Shown here in pieces: positions 8,440 to 17,295 of a DNA stretch of 64,000 nucleotides (its first letter is position 1; each line of letters begins with the position of its first letter). A program made the translations under genes and the position numbers. This DNA is from a virus: the IMG/VR virus record IMGVR_UViG_3300045988_086533, positions 1 to 64,000 of that record, one strand, 5' to 3'. Under the pieces are notes generated by a model. It saw only the letters and a list, made by a program, of their open reading frames with translations, made no database searches and had not been told where the DNA came from.

Positions 8440-9606
8440 ATGAGGGAGATTGATTTAAAAATGGCTGCATTGAATAAAAAATTTGGTGCAGATATAATAC
8501 AACAAGGAACTGACATAATAGAAGTGGATAAAATACCATTTAGTAGTCCTATGGCAAATTATATGACTTATGGTGGAATACCAATTGGAAAAATAACTGA
8601 GTTCTTTGGAGGTGAAGGGGGAGGAAAAACAACCTCCGCTCTTGATATTTGTGGTAATGCGCAAAAGAAATTCCAGGAGGTTTACGATAAAAAAGTTGGG
8701 GAATTGGTACAACAAATAGAACTATTACAACAAACTAACACAAAACAAGCACAAAAGGAAATTACAAAATTAAGCGCAGAATTAGATAAAGTACAGGAAA
8801 AAGGTGAAAAACTAGTATTATATATAGATACAGAACAAACTTTGGATACTGAATGGGCTAAGTTATTAGGCGTAGACACAGAGAAAATGATATTAGTAAG
8901 ACCACAAGAACAAACTGCAGAACAGGTACTACAAATAATAATTGAATTAATTAGTACTGGGAATGTGGGGTTATGCGTATTAGATAGTATACCTTGTCTA
9001 GTTCCTCAACAAATATTTGATGAGAGTATGGAGAAGAAAGCCTATGGCGGTATATCACAACCTTTAACTATATTTTGTAGTAAAATTTTACCTCATTTAA
9101 CAGTTAATCAATGTGCTTTCATAGGAATTAATCAAATACGTGAGGACTTAAGTAGTATGTTTAGTACCATAAGTACTCCAGGTGGTAAAGGTTGGAAACA
9201 TGCTTGTAGTTTAAGAATTAAATTTAGAAAAGATACATTATTGGACGAAAACAACAAAGAGTTAAGTAGTAAAGCTGAAAACCCAGCCGGTAATAGAGTT
9301 GGCATGGAAATTATAAAAACAAAGGTATGTAAACCAAATAGAAGACTAGGTTATTATACACTAAAATATTTAGAGGGTGTAGATACTCTATACGATATGA
9401 TTAATGTATGTATGTATTATAAAATAGTACAACAAGCGGGTTCTTGGTATAGAGTAATAGATGAGCAAAGTAATATAGTATTAGACAAGGAAGGCAATGA
9501 ATTGAACTTCCAAGGTATGACTAGATTTTTAGACTATTTACATAAACATGAAGATGTAGTTCATGAATTACTAACTAGACTAAATGGGGTGATGTTGGAT
9601 GAGTAA
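8440..9606 (+). CDS. recA: RecA-family recombinase
   Basis: Walker A GGEGGGKTT and Walker B-like LCVLDSI. QIRE and TPGGKGWKH resemble RecA loop regions. A coiled-coil insert of about 50 aa follows Walker A. Confidence 0.8.
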   Translation: MREIDLKMAALNKKFGADIIQQGTDIIEVDKIPFSSPMANYMTYGGIPIGKITEFFGGEGGGKTTSALDICGNAQKKFQEVYDKKVGELVQQIELLQQTNTKQAQKEITKLSAELDKVQEKGEKLVLYIDTEQTLDTEWAKLLGVDTEKMILVRPQEQTAEQVLQIIIELISTGNVGLCVLDSIPCLVPQQIFDESMEKKAYGGISQPLTIFCSKILPHLTVNQCAFIGINQIREDLSSMFSTISTPGGKGWKHACSLRIKFRKDTLLDENNKELSSKAENPAGNRVGMEIIKTKVCKPNRRLGYYTLKYLEGVDTLYDMINVCMYYKIVQQAGSWYRVIDEQSNIVLDKEGNELNFQGMTRFLDYLHKHEDVVHELLTRLNGVMLDE

Positions 9607-10225
9607 TAATGGTAATAAGTGCCAAGAAATAGTTATGCGCTATAAAAACGGTGAAAAAGATGCAATAAATGAATTACCCCAGTACATAGACAATATGGTA
9701 TATTCTCTATTAAAACCATATAAATTATATAATGATAGAGATGAAATGTATCAAGTTGCTTGGCAGTGTATAATGAAGTGTGTCGACCATTATGACCCAT
9801 CCTATGGCACATTATTCACGACATTTGCTTATCCAGCTATAAAAAGAGAACTACGACAATATAGGAATAGAATGGATAAACATAATAGATATACCACAGA
9901 TGGAGAACAGAATATATATAAGATATTATCTATAGACGGATATATACAACTCAAGCATCATGGACATATTAGATATACATCATTAGAAAATTATTTGGAG
10001 AGCAAGGAAGATGTAGAGCTTAGTGCTTTAGTACGTGAGTTAAAAGAAATTATTAGGGAAGAACTAAAGAGTGTGAAGAATGACAAACAACGTGCTATAA
10101 TAGCTGATTATCTGTGTGGCATAAAAGGTACATACATAGCATATCAGTACAGTGTATCACCTGCATATGTATCCAGAGTAGTAAAAGATTTTTTTAGAAA
10201 AGTTAAAGAACAAGTTAGCGAATAA
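9599..10225 (+). CDS. phage-encoded sigma-70-family-like factor
   Basis: Region 2-like YQVAWQCIMKCVDHYDPSYGTLFTTFAYPAIKRELRQY, and a C-terminal HTH YIAYQYSVSPAYVSRVVKDF (region 4-like). Confidence 0.55.
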   Translation: MSNNGNKCQEIVMRYKNGEKDAINELPQYIDNMVYSLLKPYKLYNDRDEMYQVAWQCIMKCVDHYDPSYGTLFTTFAYPAIKRELRQYRNRMDKHNRYTTDGEQNIYKILSIDGYIQLKHHGHIRYTSLENYLESKEDVELSALVRELKEIIREELKSVKNDKQRAIIADYLCGIKGTYIAYQYSVSPAYVSRVVKDFFRKVKEQVSE

Positions 10226-10248
10226 GAGATACCTCCTATACTATATAT
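10214..10248 (+). promoter_or_regulatory. phage promoter motif, copy d (variant -35 gttagcgaa)
   Basis: gttagcgaa-N14-tatactatatat. Confidence 0.5.
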
Positions 10249-10261
10249 ATAGGAGGTTTTA
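10231..10261 (+). terminator. hairpin plus T-run enclosing the -10 box
   Basis: Stem acctcctata / tataggaggt, followed by tttt. Confidence 0.45.
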
Positions 10262-10281
10262 ATTTAAGGAGGTGTTTTTAT

Positions 10282-10614
10282 ATGAGTACAAGAAGTAAAA
10301 GTGATGAACAAGAACAATATGTAGCTAATTACTTGGAAGGAGAAGTTACACCTAATAGTGGTGCAGGACATACTAAAAAAGGAGATGTATTAGTTGATAC
10401 ATTTTACTTAATAGAATGTAAAACTAAAATGCAACCTGCAACACAATTTACCATAAAGAAAGAATGGATAACTAAACTACAACAACAATCATTGGCAATG
10501 CATAGACCATATAGTGCGTTAGTATTTGACTTTGGGAAGGTGGGGGAAGAATATGCAATAATACCATTACAGGATCTAAAAGACTATATAGAAAAATTAA
10601 GGGAGGAATTATAA
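10282..10614 (+). CDS. small PD-(D/E)XK nuclease (Hjc-like resolvase fold)
   Basis: Pattern E..Q..V..YL.G...NSGAG..KGDV(7)LIECKT fits D...ExK. Confidence 0.45.
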   Translation: MSTRSKSDEQEQYVANYLEGEVTPNSGAGHTKKGDVLVDTFYLIECKTKMQPATQFTIKKEWITKLQQQSLAMHRPYSALVFDFGKVGEEYAIIPLQDLKDYIEKLREEL

Positions 10615-11627
10615 TGGAAGCATTAGCAACTAAATATAGACCGAGAACATTTAATGACGTGGTGTGTCAAGATAATATAAAAAAGGTATTAACTAACCAA
10701 TTGGAAACTGGAGAGATAAAACAAGCTTATTTGTTCGCCGGAAGCCCTGGAACTGGTAAAACTACTAGTGCTAGGATATTTGCAAATGACGTAAATGAAG
10801 GTAAAGGAAAACCAATAGAAATAGACGGTGCCAGTAATAATGGTGTTGATAATATACGTAGTATAATTGATGACTGTAAAATGAAAAGTTTAGACAGTAA
10901 ATACAAAGTATACATAATAGATGAAGTTCATATGTTGAGTCTCGGTGCATTCAATGCCCTATTAAAAGTGTTAGAAGAACCACCAAAGGGAGTTATATTC
11001 ATATTATGTACAACAGATCCACATAAGATACCACCAACTATATTAAGTAGATTACAACGTTTTGACTTTAAACGTATACCACAATTCGATATAGTACAAA
11101 GATTAGAGTATATCTTAAAAAAGGAAGGTATATTAACATATAACGTAGAGGCAATAGAGTATATAGCAAAATTAGCTGACGGGGGAATGAGAGATGCCAT
11201 AATGAAACTAGATACAGTACTAGGTTATACAAATGAGATAACACTACAAGCAGTATTAGATTGCTTAGGAATTACTAATTATGAATATCTATTAGGAATA
11301 GTACAAGGGATTATAAATAAACAACCAGATGAACCGATACAAATAATCGACAAGATATATAGAGACGGAAAAGACTTAAAACTATTTGTAAAGGACTTAA
11401 ATAAGTTTGTACTAGATTTATGTAAGCTGAATATAACAAGAAATAAAGAGTTAACAATGATACCAACTGATATAATGCGACAATGTATCCATATAGCAAC
11501 TAATACTTCAAAGTATGACTTAGTAGATATATTGGATGGGATCAATAACTTATTAGACAAGATAAAATATGAGCAGAATCCTAAAAATTTAGTTGAAAGC
11601 GAGTTGATAATCTTATGTCTAAAATAA
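10614..11627 (+). CDS. dnaX: clamp loader ATPase, DnaX (gamma)-like
   Basis: YRPRTF, Walker A GSPGTGKTT, IIDEVHMLS, NALLKVLEEPP and sensor TILSRLQRF. Confidence 0.9.
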   Translation: MEALATKYRPRTFNDVVCQDNIKKVLTNQLETGEIKQAYLFAGSPGTGKTTSARIFANDVNEGKGKPIEIDGASNNGVDNIRSIIDDCKMKSLDSKYKVYIIDEVHMLSLGAFNALLKVLEEPPKGVIFILCTTDPHKIPPTILSRLQRFDFKRIPQFDIVQRLEYILKKEGILTYNVEAIEYIAKLADGGMRDAIMKLDTVLGYTNEITLQAVLDCLGITNYEYLLGIVQGIINKQPDEPIQIIDKIYRDGKDLKLFVKDLNKFVLDLCKLNITRNKELTMIPTDIMRQCIHIATNTSKYDLVDILDGINNLLDKIKYEQNPKNLVESELIILCLK

Positions 11628-12418
11628 TAGGTCAGGCTAAGTTACAAGCCAAGCTGAATGGTCAACCTATACCTCACTTTTTTATATTGTGGGGTGATAG
11701 AGGGGCAGGGAAGTATCTAATGAGTAAACAAATAGCTAATAATAACCATTATAATTATGTATTAGTGGATAATAATATCGAAGGTATTAGACAATTAATA
11801 GAAGATTGTACTGCTATATCTACACCGACATTATTTTATATAAAGGGAGATGAGTTATCTATACCAGCACAGAATGCATTGCTTAAATTAGCTGAGGAGC
11901 CACCTAGTAAAGGCTACATAATGATTGGAGTAAGAAATATAGATAATTTATTAGCAACAATACGTAGTAGAGCAAAACTATTAATAATGGATAATTACAG
12001 TGTACACGAGCTAAATGATGTATTTGATTTATACGATCTGGGTGAAGTGCCAAGAGATATACTATGTAAAGTAGCCACAACACCGGGGCAAATGTTGGAA
12101 TATGTTGATAAGGATTTCATCAATATGTATCAATATGCATTAAAGGTATACAACAATATATTAAGAGTTAGCACAGGGAACGCCTTTAAGATATGTAATC
12201 CAATAGGGTTTAAAGAAAATGATGGCTATCCAGTGGAACTATTTTTAGAACTATTTAAACAGGTAGTAATAGATGAGCAGAAACACAGTAGCTATGTGGA
12301 TCATAAGATGATAGAGTACACTAGTTTAGCACTAAGAGATTTAAGGATAAGAGGAGCAAATAAACCATTAATATTCGATATATTTGTACTAAATATTAGA
12401 ACTTTAAGGGGGAAATAA
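11615..12418 (+). CDS. holB: clamp loader delta-prime-like subunit
   Basis: Degenerate P-loop GDRGAGK, NALLKLAEEPP and TIRSRAK. Confidence 0.75.
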   Translation: MSKIIGQAKLQAKLNGQPIPHFFILWGDRGAGKYLMSKQIANNNHYNYVLVDNNIEGIRQLIEDCTAISTPTLFYIKGDELSIPAQNALLKLAEEPPSKGYIMIGVRNIDNLLATIRSRAKLLIMDNYSVHELNDVFDLYDLGEVPRDILCKVATTPGQMLEYVDKDFINMYQYALKVYNNILRVSTGNAFKICNPIGFKENDGYPVELFLELFKQVVIDEQKHSSYVDHKMIEYTSLALRDLRIRGANKPLIFDIFVLNIRTLRGK

Positions 12419-12419
12419 T

Positions 12420-12743
12420 ATGTTACCATTAAAAAATGATGCTAGGGAAATTAAGAAGTTTGCCAAACAATTTGCAGAGGCTTATAAAGATTGTTTTGCT
12501 TGGTATAGTGAAGAAAAATATGTTCGTGGGTTTGCTGCAAGACACTTTGAAACTGTATGTGCTATCAATGAAGATGAGAATGGGATCAAGATAAGCAAGA
12601 AAAATAAAAAATTATTTATAGATGAATTTAGTAAAATTACATTAAATAATATACTATATATGAAGGAACAACACAACATAAAGGAAAAACAGGACATTAA
12701 GAAACATGGGATAAAACGTAAAAAACAAAAGGGAGGAAAATAA
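12420..12743 (+). CDS. hypothetical protein with a Lys-rich C-terminus
   Basis: ORF with RBS aaggggg. Confidence 0.5.
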   Translation: MLPLKNDAREIKKFAKQFAEAYKDCFAWYSEEKYVRGFAARHFETVCAINEDENGIKISKKNKKLFIDEFSKITLNNILYMKEQHNIKEKQDIKKHGIKRKKQKGGK

Positions 12744-12744
12744 T

Positions 12745-12903
12745 ATGTTTAATTTTATGGTTTTAATAGTTGCAATGAGTATAGTAATTGATTGGATAAC
12801 ACAAACAATAGGCGATAGGGATATTGATGGTATAAGTGCTATAGTAATTTCATTAGCTATATGGTATTTAATCCAAATAGTGGGAGGAATAAAATTATGT
12901 TAG
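12745..12903 (+). CDS. small membrane protein (52 aa)
   Basis: Not in the ORF track. RBS gggagg, two hydrophobic segments, fills an otherwise unexplained gap. Confidence 0.4.
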   Translation: MFNFMVLIVAMSIVIDWITQTIGDRDIDGISAIVISLAIWYLIQIVGGIKLC

Positions 12904-13796
12904 GTTTATTAGAACTACAGGGGCAAATAAGGGAAGGTAATTTACTTCCCTTTTATATTTTTACTGGGGAAGAAATTGAGCTGCAAAATATATACTTAAA
13001 ACAAATGGGTAATGTAGTGCGTATAGATAGAGTGGCTGACATATATAACAAAATAACAAGTAAACTAATAGGCGGTAAATTTGCAGTATATGTAGTTAGA
13101 GATGATATGGATTTTATTAAGAGTGAAAAAACGTGGGGCAGTATAAGTAATAAAATTAGAAATGCAGTATTAGTAGTACAAGTTACAACGCCGAGTAAAT
13201 GTAAAAAATTTATAAAGGAATTAAATAATTGTGTAGTAGAATTCAATCATATGACAACAAAACAATTGTTAAGTGTGGTTAATATGAAAGGTAGTGTAAG
13301 TAATAAACAATATTTTATAGAAGCCTGCAATAATGATTTAAATACAATTAACAATTATATGGATATATTCAAGAGATCAGGAATAAAAGAGCTGAATAAA
13401 AAGATAGTAGATGAGTATATACCAACAAAAGAAGAAGTAACTGTATTTCAACTAGCAGATGCCATAATGAAAAAAGATGAACAATTGACATTTAGATTAT
13501 TAGACCAGTTATTGGAGGATAAAAATAATGCAATGGGTATTATATATGCCATATATTCTCAACTCCATAAATGTGTATTAGTAGAAGGATATAGAGGGGA
13601 AGAAGATATCTCTAAAATAACTGGTATTAATAGTTGGATATGTAATAATATACTACGTTATAACCGTATAAAGCCCGCTAAATTACTTACTGCACTACGA
13701 TTAGTACAAAAGTATGATCAGGGAGTAAAGACAGGCAAATATGAAGGTGTAGTAGCTTGTTATAGTTTAATAATAGAAATTTTAAGTTATTGTTAG
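12897..13796 (+). CDS. holA: clamp loader delta-like subunit
   Basis: Start moved to ATG 12897, after gtgggagga. The N-terminus LLPFYIFTGEEIELQ resembles HolA. Position within the clamp-loader operon supports the call. Confidence 0.6.
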   Translation: MLGLLELQGQIREGNLLPFYIFTGEEIELQNIYLKQMGNVVRIDRVADIYNKITSKLIGGKFAVYVVRDDMDFIKSEKTWGSISNKIRNAVLVVQVTTPSKCKKFIKELNNCVVEFNHMTTKQLLSVVNMKGSVSNKQYFIEACNNDLNTINNYMDIFKRSGIKELNKKIVDEYIPTKEEVTVFQLADAIMKKDEQLTFRLLDQLLEDKNNAMGIIYAIYSQLHKCVLVEGYRGEEDISKITGINSWICNNILRYNRIKPAKLLTALRLVQKYDQGVKTGKYEGVVACYSLIIEILSYC

Positions 13797-13826
13797 CAAA
13801 ATGGTAAATTTTTCTATACTATATAC
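13793..13826 (+). promoter_or_regulatory. phage promoter motif, copy e (variant)
   Basis: gttagcaaa-N13-tatactatatac. Confidence 0.45.
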
Positions 13827-13841
13827 AAGGAGATGATAGTA

Positions 13842-14090
13842 ATGAAAATAAATAAAGAATTTGAAATTACTACTGACAAGGATAAAAATTATGTGCTTAT
13901 ACAAACATATAAAACTAAAGTAGGAACATATACAACAAAAGAAAGATATTATCCGACATTAGAGAAGGCATTAGTTGACTGTTTAAGATTAGGTATATTA
14001 GAGACAGAATTAAAAGATATAAGAACAGTATTAGATACATTAAACAAGCTGGAAAAGGATATTAAGAAAAGTTTGAAGGAGGGGAAATAA
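13842..14090 (+). CDS. hypothetical protein
   Basis: ORF. ATG 13842 is better spaced from aaggag than ATG 13833. Confidence 0.5.
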   Translation: MKINKEFEITTDKDKNYVLIQTYKTKVGTYTTKERYYPTLEKALVDCLRLGILETELKDIRTVLDTLNKLEKDIKKSLKEGK

Positions 14091-14348
14091 ATGACAAGAC
14101 GTAAATGTAAAAAATGTAATGGCGATGTGGAATATTGTAAAATGGGTAGAGGTAGTTATAGTTTAATATTTTTACTAACAGGTGGTTGTATGATGTGGAT
14201 ACCGATACTTGGTTGGATAGCTGCTCCAATATGTTTTATATTAGCGGTATTTATGTTAATTATGCCAACTCACTACTTTGTTAGATGCGTTAGATGTGGT
14301 GAGGTTGTAAATATAACAAAAGAGGAATATGAGGAGGTAACTAGATAA
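14091..14348 (+). CDS. zinc-ribbon membrane protein
   Basis: CKKCNG ... CVRCGE flank two hydrophobic helices. Confidence 0.5.
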   Translation: MTRRKCKKCNGDVEYCKMGRGSYSLIFLLTGGCMMWIPILGWIAAPICFILAVFMLIMPTHYFVRCVRCGEVVNITKEEYEEVTR

Positions 14349-15040
14349 TGTTTAGTGAAAAGAATTTTAAAGTAACTTTGGTAAATAAAGATGAAGTGAC
14401 ACAATTTATAAAGAAACATGGTGAATTTGCTTGTGTATGTTATGATACACCAAAAGAACAAGCGGAAAAAGTAGGATTACACTGTTTAAAGAGTGGGCAT
14501 TTAAGTGGCAGTAGACATTTATATTTTGTATTTGACTTACAAAGAATACCACGTTTCACGATAGATCAACTAGTAAGACATGAAGTAGGCGTAGTAAAAA
14601 ATGTGCAAAGTTTAAGATACGTTACAAAAGGTAAAATGGATGTATATGCTGCACCCGACATAATAAAGGACCCATTACTAGTTAGGGACCATTATATGAG
14701 TGAAGAATATGCTGCAACTAGTTATCAGTTGACAGTCGAAAGGATGAGACAAAAGGGTATTAGTAAAGAGCGTGCAAACGAGATAGCAAGAACTTTTGTA
14801 CCAATTGGAGTAGCGAGTGCTTGTAGCTTTGCAGTAAACATAGAAGGTCTTATACATTTAGCAAATGTAAGATTATGTAACAGAGCTGAATTACCGATAC
14901 ACTATTTAACACAACAAATGATAAAAGAAGTAATTGCAGTTGAGCCAAGATATGAAGAATTATTAGTTCCACAATGTAAAAAATTAGGGTACTGCCCAGA
15001 ATTGAAAGGGTGTGGATTATATGAGCCGAAGAAAAAATAA
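14348..15040 (+). CDS. thyX: flavin-dependent thymidylate synthase ThyX-like (divergent signature)
   Basis: HLSGSRH and RHEVGVVKNVQSLRY resemble the ThyX signature RHRxxSxxxxSxRY, but with one extra residue and R-to-E and S-to-V changes. Confidence 0.7.
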   Translation: MFSEKNFKVTLVNKDEVTQFIKKHGEFACVCYDTPKEQAEKVGLHCLKSGHLSGSRHLYFVFDLQRIPRFTIDQLVRHEVGVVKNVQSLRYVTKGKMDVYAAPDIIKDPLLVRDHYMSEEYAATSYQLTVERMRQKGISKERANEIARTFVPIGVASACSFAVNIEGLIHLANVRLCNRAELPIHYLTQQMIKEVIAVEPRYEELLVPQCKKLGYCPELKGCGLYEPKKK

Positions 15041-15218
15041 AAGTGATAGAGAATTAATAGCTGACCTAACAGATAGAGTAAAATTATTTTGTGATAGTAT
15101 GTATGACGGAAAAACTAGGGGATGTAAAGATTGTCCCCTAGCACAATATGAAACTGCGGACTGTAGGTTAGCTTATATGCAGTATATATTAGAAAAAGGA
15201 GGTTCACATAATGAGTAA
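15021..15218 (+). CDS. hypothetical Cys-containing protein
   Basis: ORF with an internal ATG chosen as start. Confidence 0.4.
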   Translation: MSRRKNKSDRELIADLTDRVKLFCDSMYDGKTRGCKDCPLAQYETADCRLAYMQYILEKGGSHNE

Positions 15219-15363
15219 AAATACAATTATTGCTGACGCGGTAACAATGGGAGGAATAACAGCCTGTACTGTTATAGCTGGATTTTCATTACCTGTTAGT
15301 TTAGGAATTATTATAGCAACTGCATTAGGTTGTGGTTACTTAACATATAAGGAGGAAAAATAA
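15211..15363 (+). CDS. small membrane protein (50 aa)
   Basis: Not in the ORF track. RBS aaaggagg, hydrophobic core GGITACTVIAGFSLPVSLGIIIATALGCG. Confidence 0.4.
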   Translation: MSKNTIIADAVTMGGITACTVIAGFSLPVSLGIIIATALGCGYLTYKEEK

Positions 15364-15552
15364 TTGGATGAATATTATTACACTAATGAACAAATAGAAA
15401 GCAGGGTCTTAGCACCCTGCAATATTGAAAGGTTAAAAGAGCATAGACAATGTGAGTTTTGCCACTTATGCTTTGACTGCATTGTATATAAGGATAGAAA
15501 TAAAATAAATTTATGTGAGTTTTTAGATAACTATTTAAAGGAGGAAAAATAA
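15364..15552 (+). CDS. hypothetical Cys-rich protein (TTG start)
   Basis: RBS aggagg 8 nt upstream. Contains CEFCHLCFDC. Confidence 0.4.
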   Translation: MDEYYYTNEQIESRVLAPCNIERLKEHRQCEFCHLCFDCIVYKDRNKINLCEFLDNYLKEEK

Positions 15553-15553
15553 T

Positions 15554-15796
15554 ATGGAAATAAAAAAGAAGAATTACCCTAAAGGGAATTTGGCTACTAG
15601 TGGAGATATAATCATAGATGGAGATAGTTATTTATTGATAGGTTGGGATTATGTTAAGCAAAAAGCCATTACTATAGATTTAAATGAAACTACTAACAAT
15701 GTACGAATATATAATAGTGGTGATGAGATTAGAGATAAATATAAAAATAATAGAATTATAAAAGCGTGTGATATAGTATTAAGTTTTAATGAATAG
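15554..15796 (+). CDS. hypothetical protein
   Basis: ORF with RBS aaggagg. Confidence 0.5.
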   Translation: MEIKKKNYPKGNLATSGDIIIDGDSYLLIGWDYVKQKAITIDLNETTNNVRIYNSGDEIRDKYKNNRIIKACDIVLSFNE

Positions 15797-15815
15797 TTTA
15801 AAGGAGGTAAATAGT

Positions 15816-16331
15816 ATGGAATATAAAATAGGTGATTTAGTTAAAATAAGAGAGAGTATACAAGCAGGGGAAAAATATGGAGAATGTAATGTTAATGAAT
15901 CTATGCTAAAATTTAGAGGTAAAATTGATAACATAGTAGATATAGATATGGACGGTGATTTATATTTAGCTGATAATAATAATTCTTTTGCATGGAATAA
16001 AGACATGGTAGAACCATTTATACCCGATAAGGGGGCAAAACAAACTAAAATAACTAGACAAACTATATATGACTATCTACTAAATAATTTAGCTGAAACT
16101 TATAAAAATAAAAATAATGATTATGGCAATAGCGTTGCTGATACTTATGAAAAATTCGGTGATATATCATTCTTAGTAAGAATTACAGATAAATATAATA
16201 GATTAATGACATTATGTAATCCAAATGCTCCAGAGCAAAAAGTAAAGGACGAGAAGATTGATGATACTATATTAGATTTAGCTAATTATTGTTTACTATG
16301 GTTAGTGGAAAGAGAATATAAAAACCAATAA
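15816..16331 (+). CDS. DUF1599-like protein
   Basis: The C-terminal half (NNDYGNS...FGDISFLVRITDKYNRL...DDTILDLANYCLLW) matches my memory of the DUF1599 pattern. Confidence 0.5.
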   Translation: MEYKIGDLVKIRESIQAGEKYGECNVNESMLKFRGKIDNIVDIDMDGDLYLADNNNSFAWNKDMVEPFIPDKGAKQTKITRQTIYDYLLNNLAETYKNKNNDYGNSVADTYEKFGDISFLVRITDKYNRLMTLCNPNAPEQKVKDEKIDDTILDLANYCLLWLVEREYKNQ

Positions 16332-16343
16332 GGAGATGATAGT

Positions 16344-16544
16344 ATGGCAAATGAGGTATATGAAAGATTGAATAAGTTAACAATGGATGAATTAATCAAG
16401 GTAATGACCATATTAAAGGATAATAAAGTAGATTGCTCACTACGTACAGTAACAGTAAATAATGATACTGCTCATGTAAAATTTATGTTGGTAGTAGATG
16501 ATGTGAACTTACTTATAGATACACTTGATAGCTTAGACTTATAG
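16344..16544 (+). CDS. hypothetical protein
   Basis: ORF with RBS aaggag. Confidence 0.5.
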   Translation: MANEVYERLNKLTMDELIKVMTILKDNKVDCSLRTVTVNNDTAHVKFMLVVDDVNLLIDTLDSLDL

Positions 16545-16553
16545 AGAATACAG

Positions 16554-16594
16554 TCCCACATAAAAAAAATGTGGGATTTTTTTATTTTTTTTTT
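16554..16594 (+). terminator. strong intrinsic terminator
   Basis: Stem tcccacat / atgtggga, A-rich loop, long T tract (16577-16594). Confidence 0.75.
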
Positions 16595-16604
16595 CAGAAA
16601 ACAC

Positions 16605-16633
16605 TTGATTAATTATATAAGTAGATGTATAAT
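16605..16633 (+). promoter_or_regulatory. sigma-A-type promoter
   Basis: TTGATT-17 nt-TATAAT. Nearly identical in its spacer to the promoter at 55395. Confidence 0.6.
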
Positions 16634-16678
16634 TATGTTAATAAAAGATAAGAAAAAAAGAAAAGGAAGGTAGATATT

Positions 16679-17008
16679 ATGTTAAAGATAAACCAAATAG
16701 AAGGAAAAATATTTAAAGTAGAAGCTCAAATAAGAGAAGCTAAAAAACAAGAAAACATGAAAGTATTAGAAAGTTTAAGATTAGAAAGTGCTCAATTAAG
16801 ACAAGAACTTGAAGATAGAAGAAGATTAGAACAAGAGATATATGTAATGATAAATGAATGTCAAGTAGTTTACAACAGTAAAGACGACAATAAAATAAAT
16901 GCTTGGTTAGAAAATAATTACAAACCATTTAGATCATTTTGGATCAGTAAATTTGGAGAAGATGTATTTGGAGAAACTTGGAATAAAATAAATAGAGCTA
17001 CCAAATAG
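16679..17008 (+). CDS. hypothetical coiled-coil protein
   Basis: ORF with RBS aaggaagg. Confidence 0.5.
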   Translation: MLKINQIEGKIFKVEAQIREAKKQENMKVLESLRLESAQLRQELEDRRRLEQEIYVMINECQVVYNSKDDNKINAWLENNYKPFRSFWISKFGEDVFGETWNKINRATK

Positions 17009-17036
17009 GTAGCTCCCAATAAGGGGGTTGGGGGAA

Positions 17037-17294
17037 ATGTTAGATATAAACTTCGGTAAAATGGAATTGTTGCACAGTTACCAAAAGCACGGACTTAATA
17101 AAACTAAAATATTAGAAGCATTAGAAACTGGTATAAAAGATGTAGTACCAGGTAAACAAAGTCATAAATTAATATACACAATGAATTATACTACAATAGT
17201 AGTAGACAAGAATAATAAGTTCTTAACTGCTTACAAAACAAGTGAGCAACAATATACTACTAAAAAAATAAAAGGTTTAAATGGAGGTAAATAA
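17037..17294 (+). CDS. hypothetical protein
   Basis: ORF. ATG 17037 follows a G-rich RBS. Confidence 0.45.
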   Translation: MLDINFGKMELLHSYQKHGLNKTKILEALETGIKDVVPGKQSHKLIYTMNYTTIVVDKNNKFLTAYKTSEQQYTTKKIKGLNGGK

Positions 17295-17295
17295 G

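Noticed and set aside
16577-16594. An 18-nt T-rich tract considered as a simple repeat
   Set aside because: It is the U-tract of the terminator at 16554.
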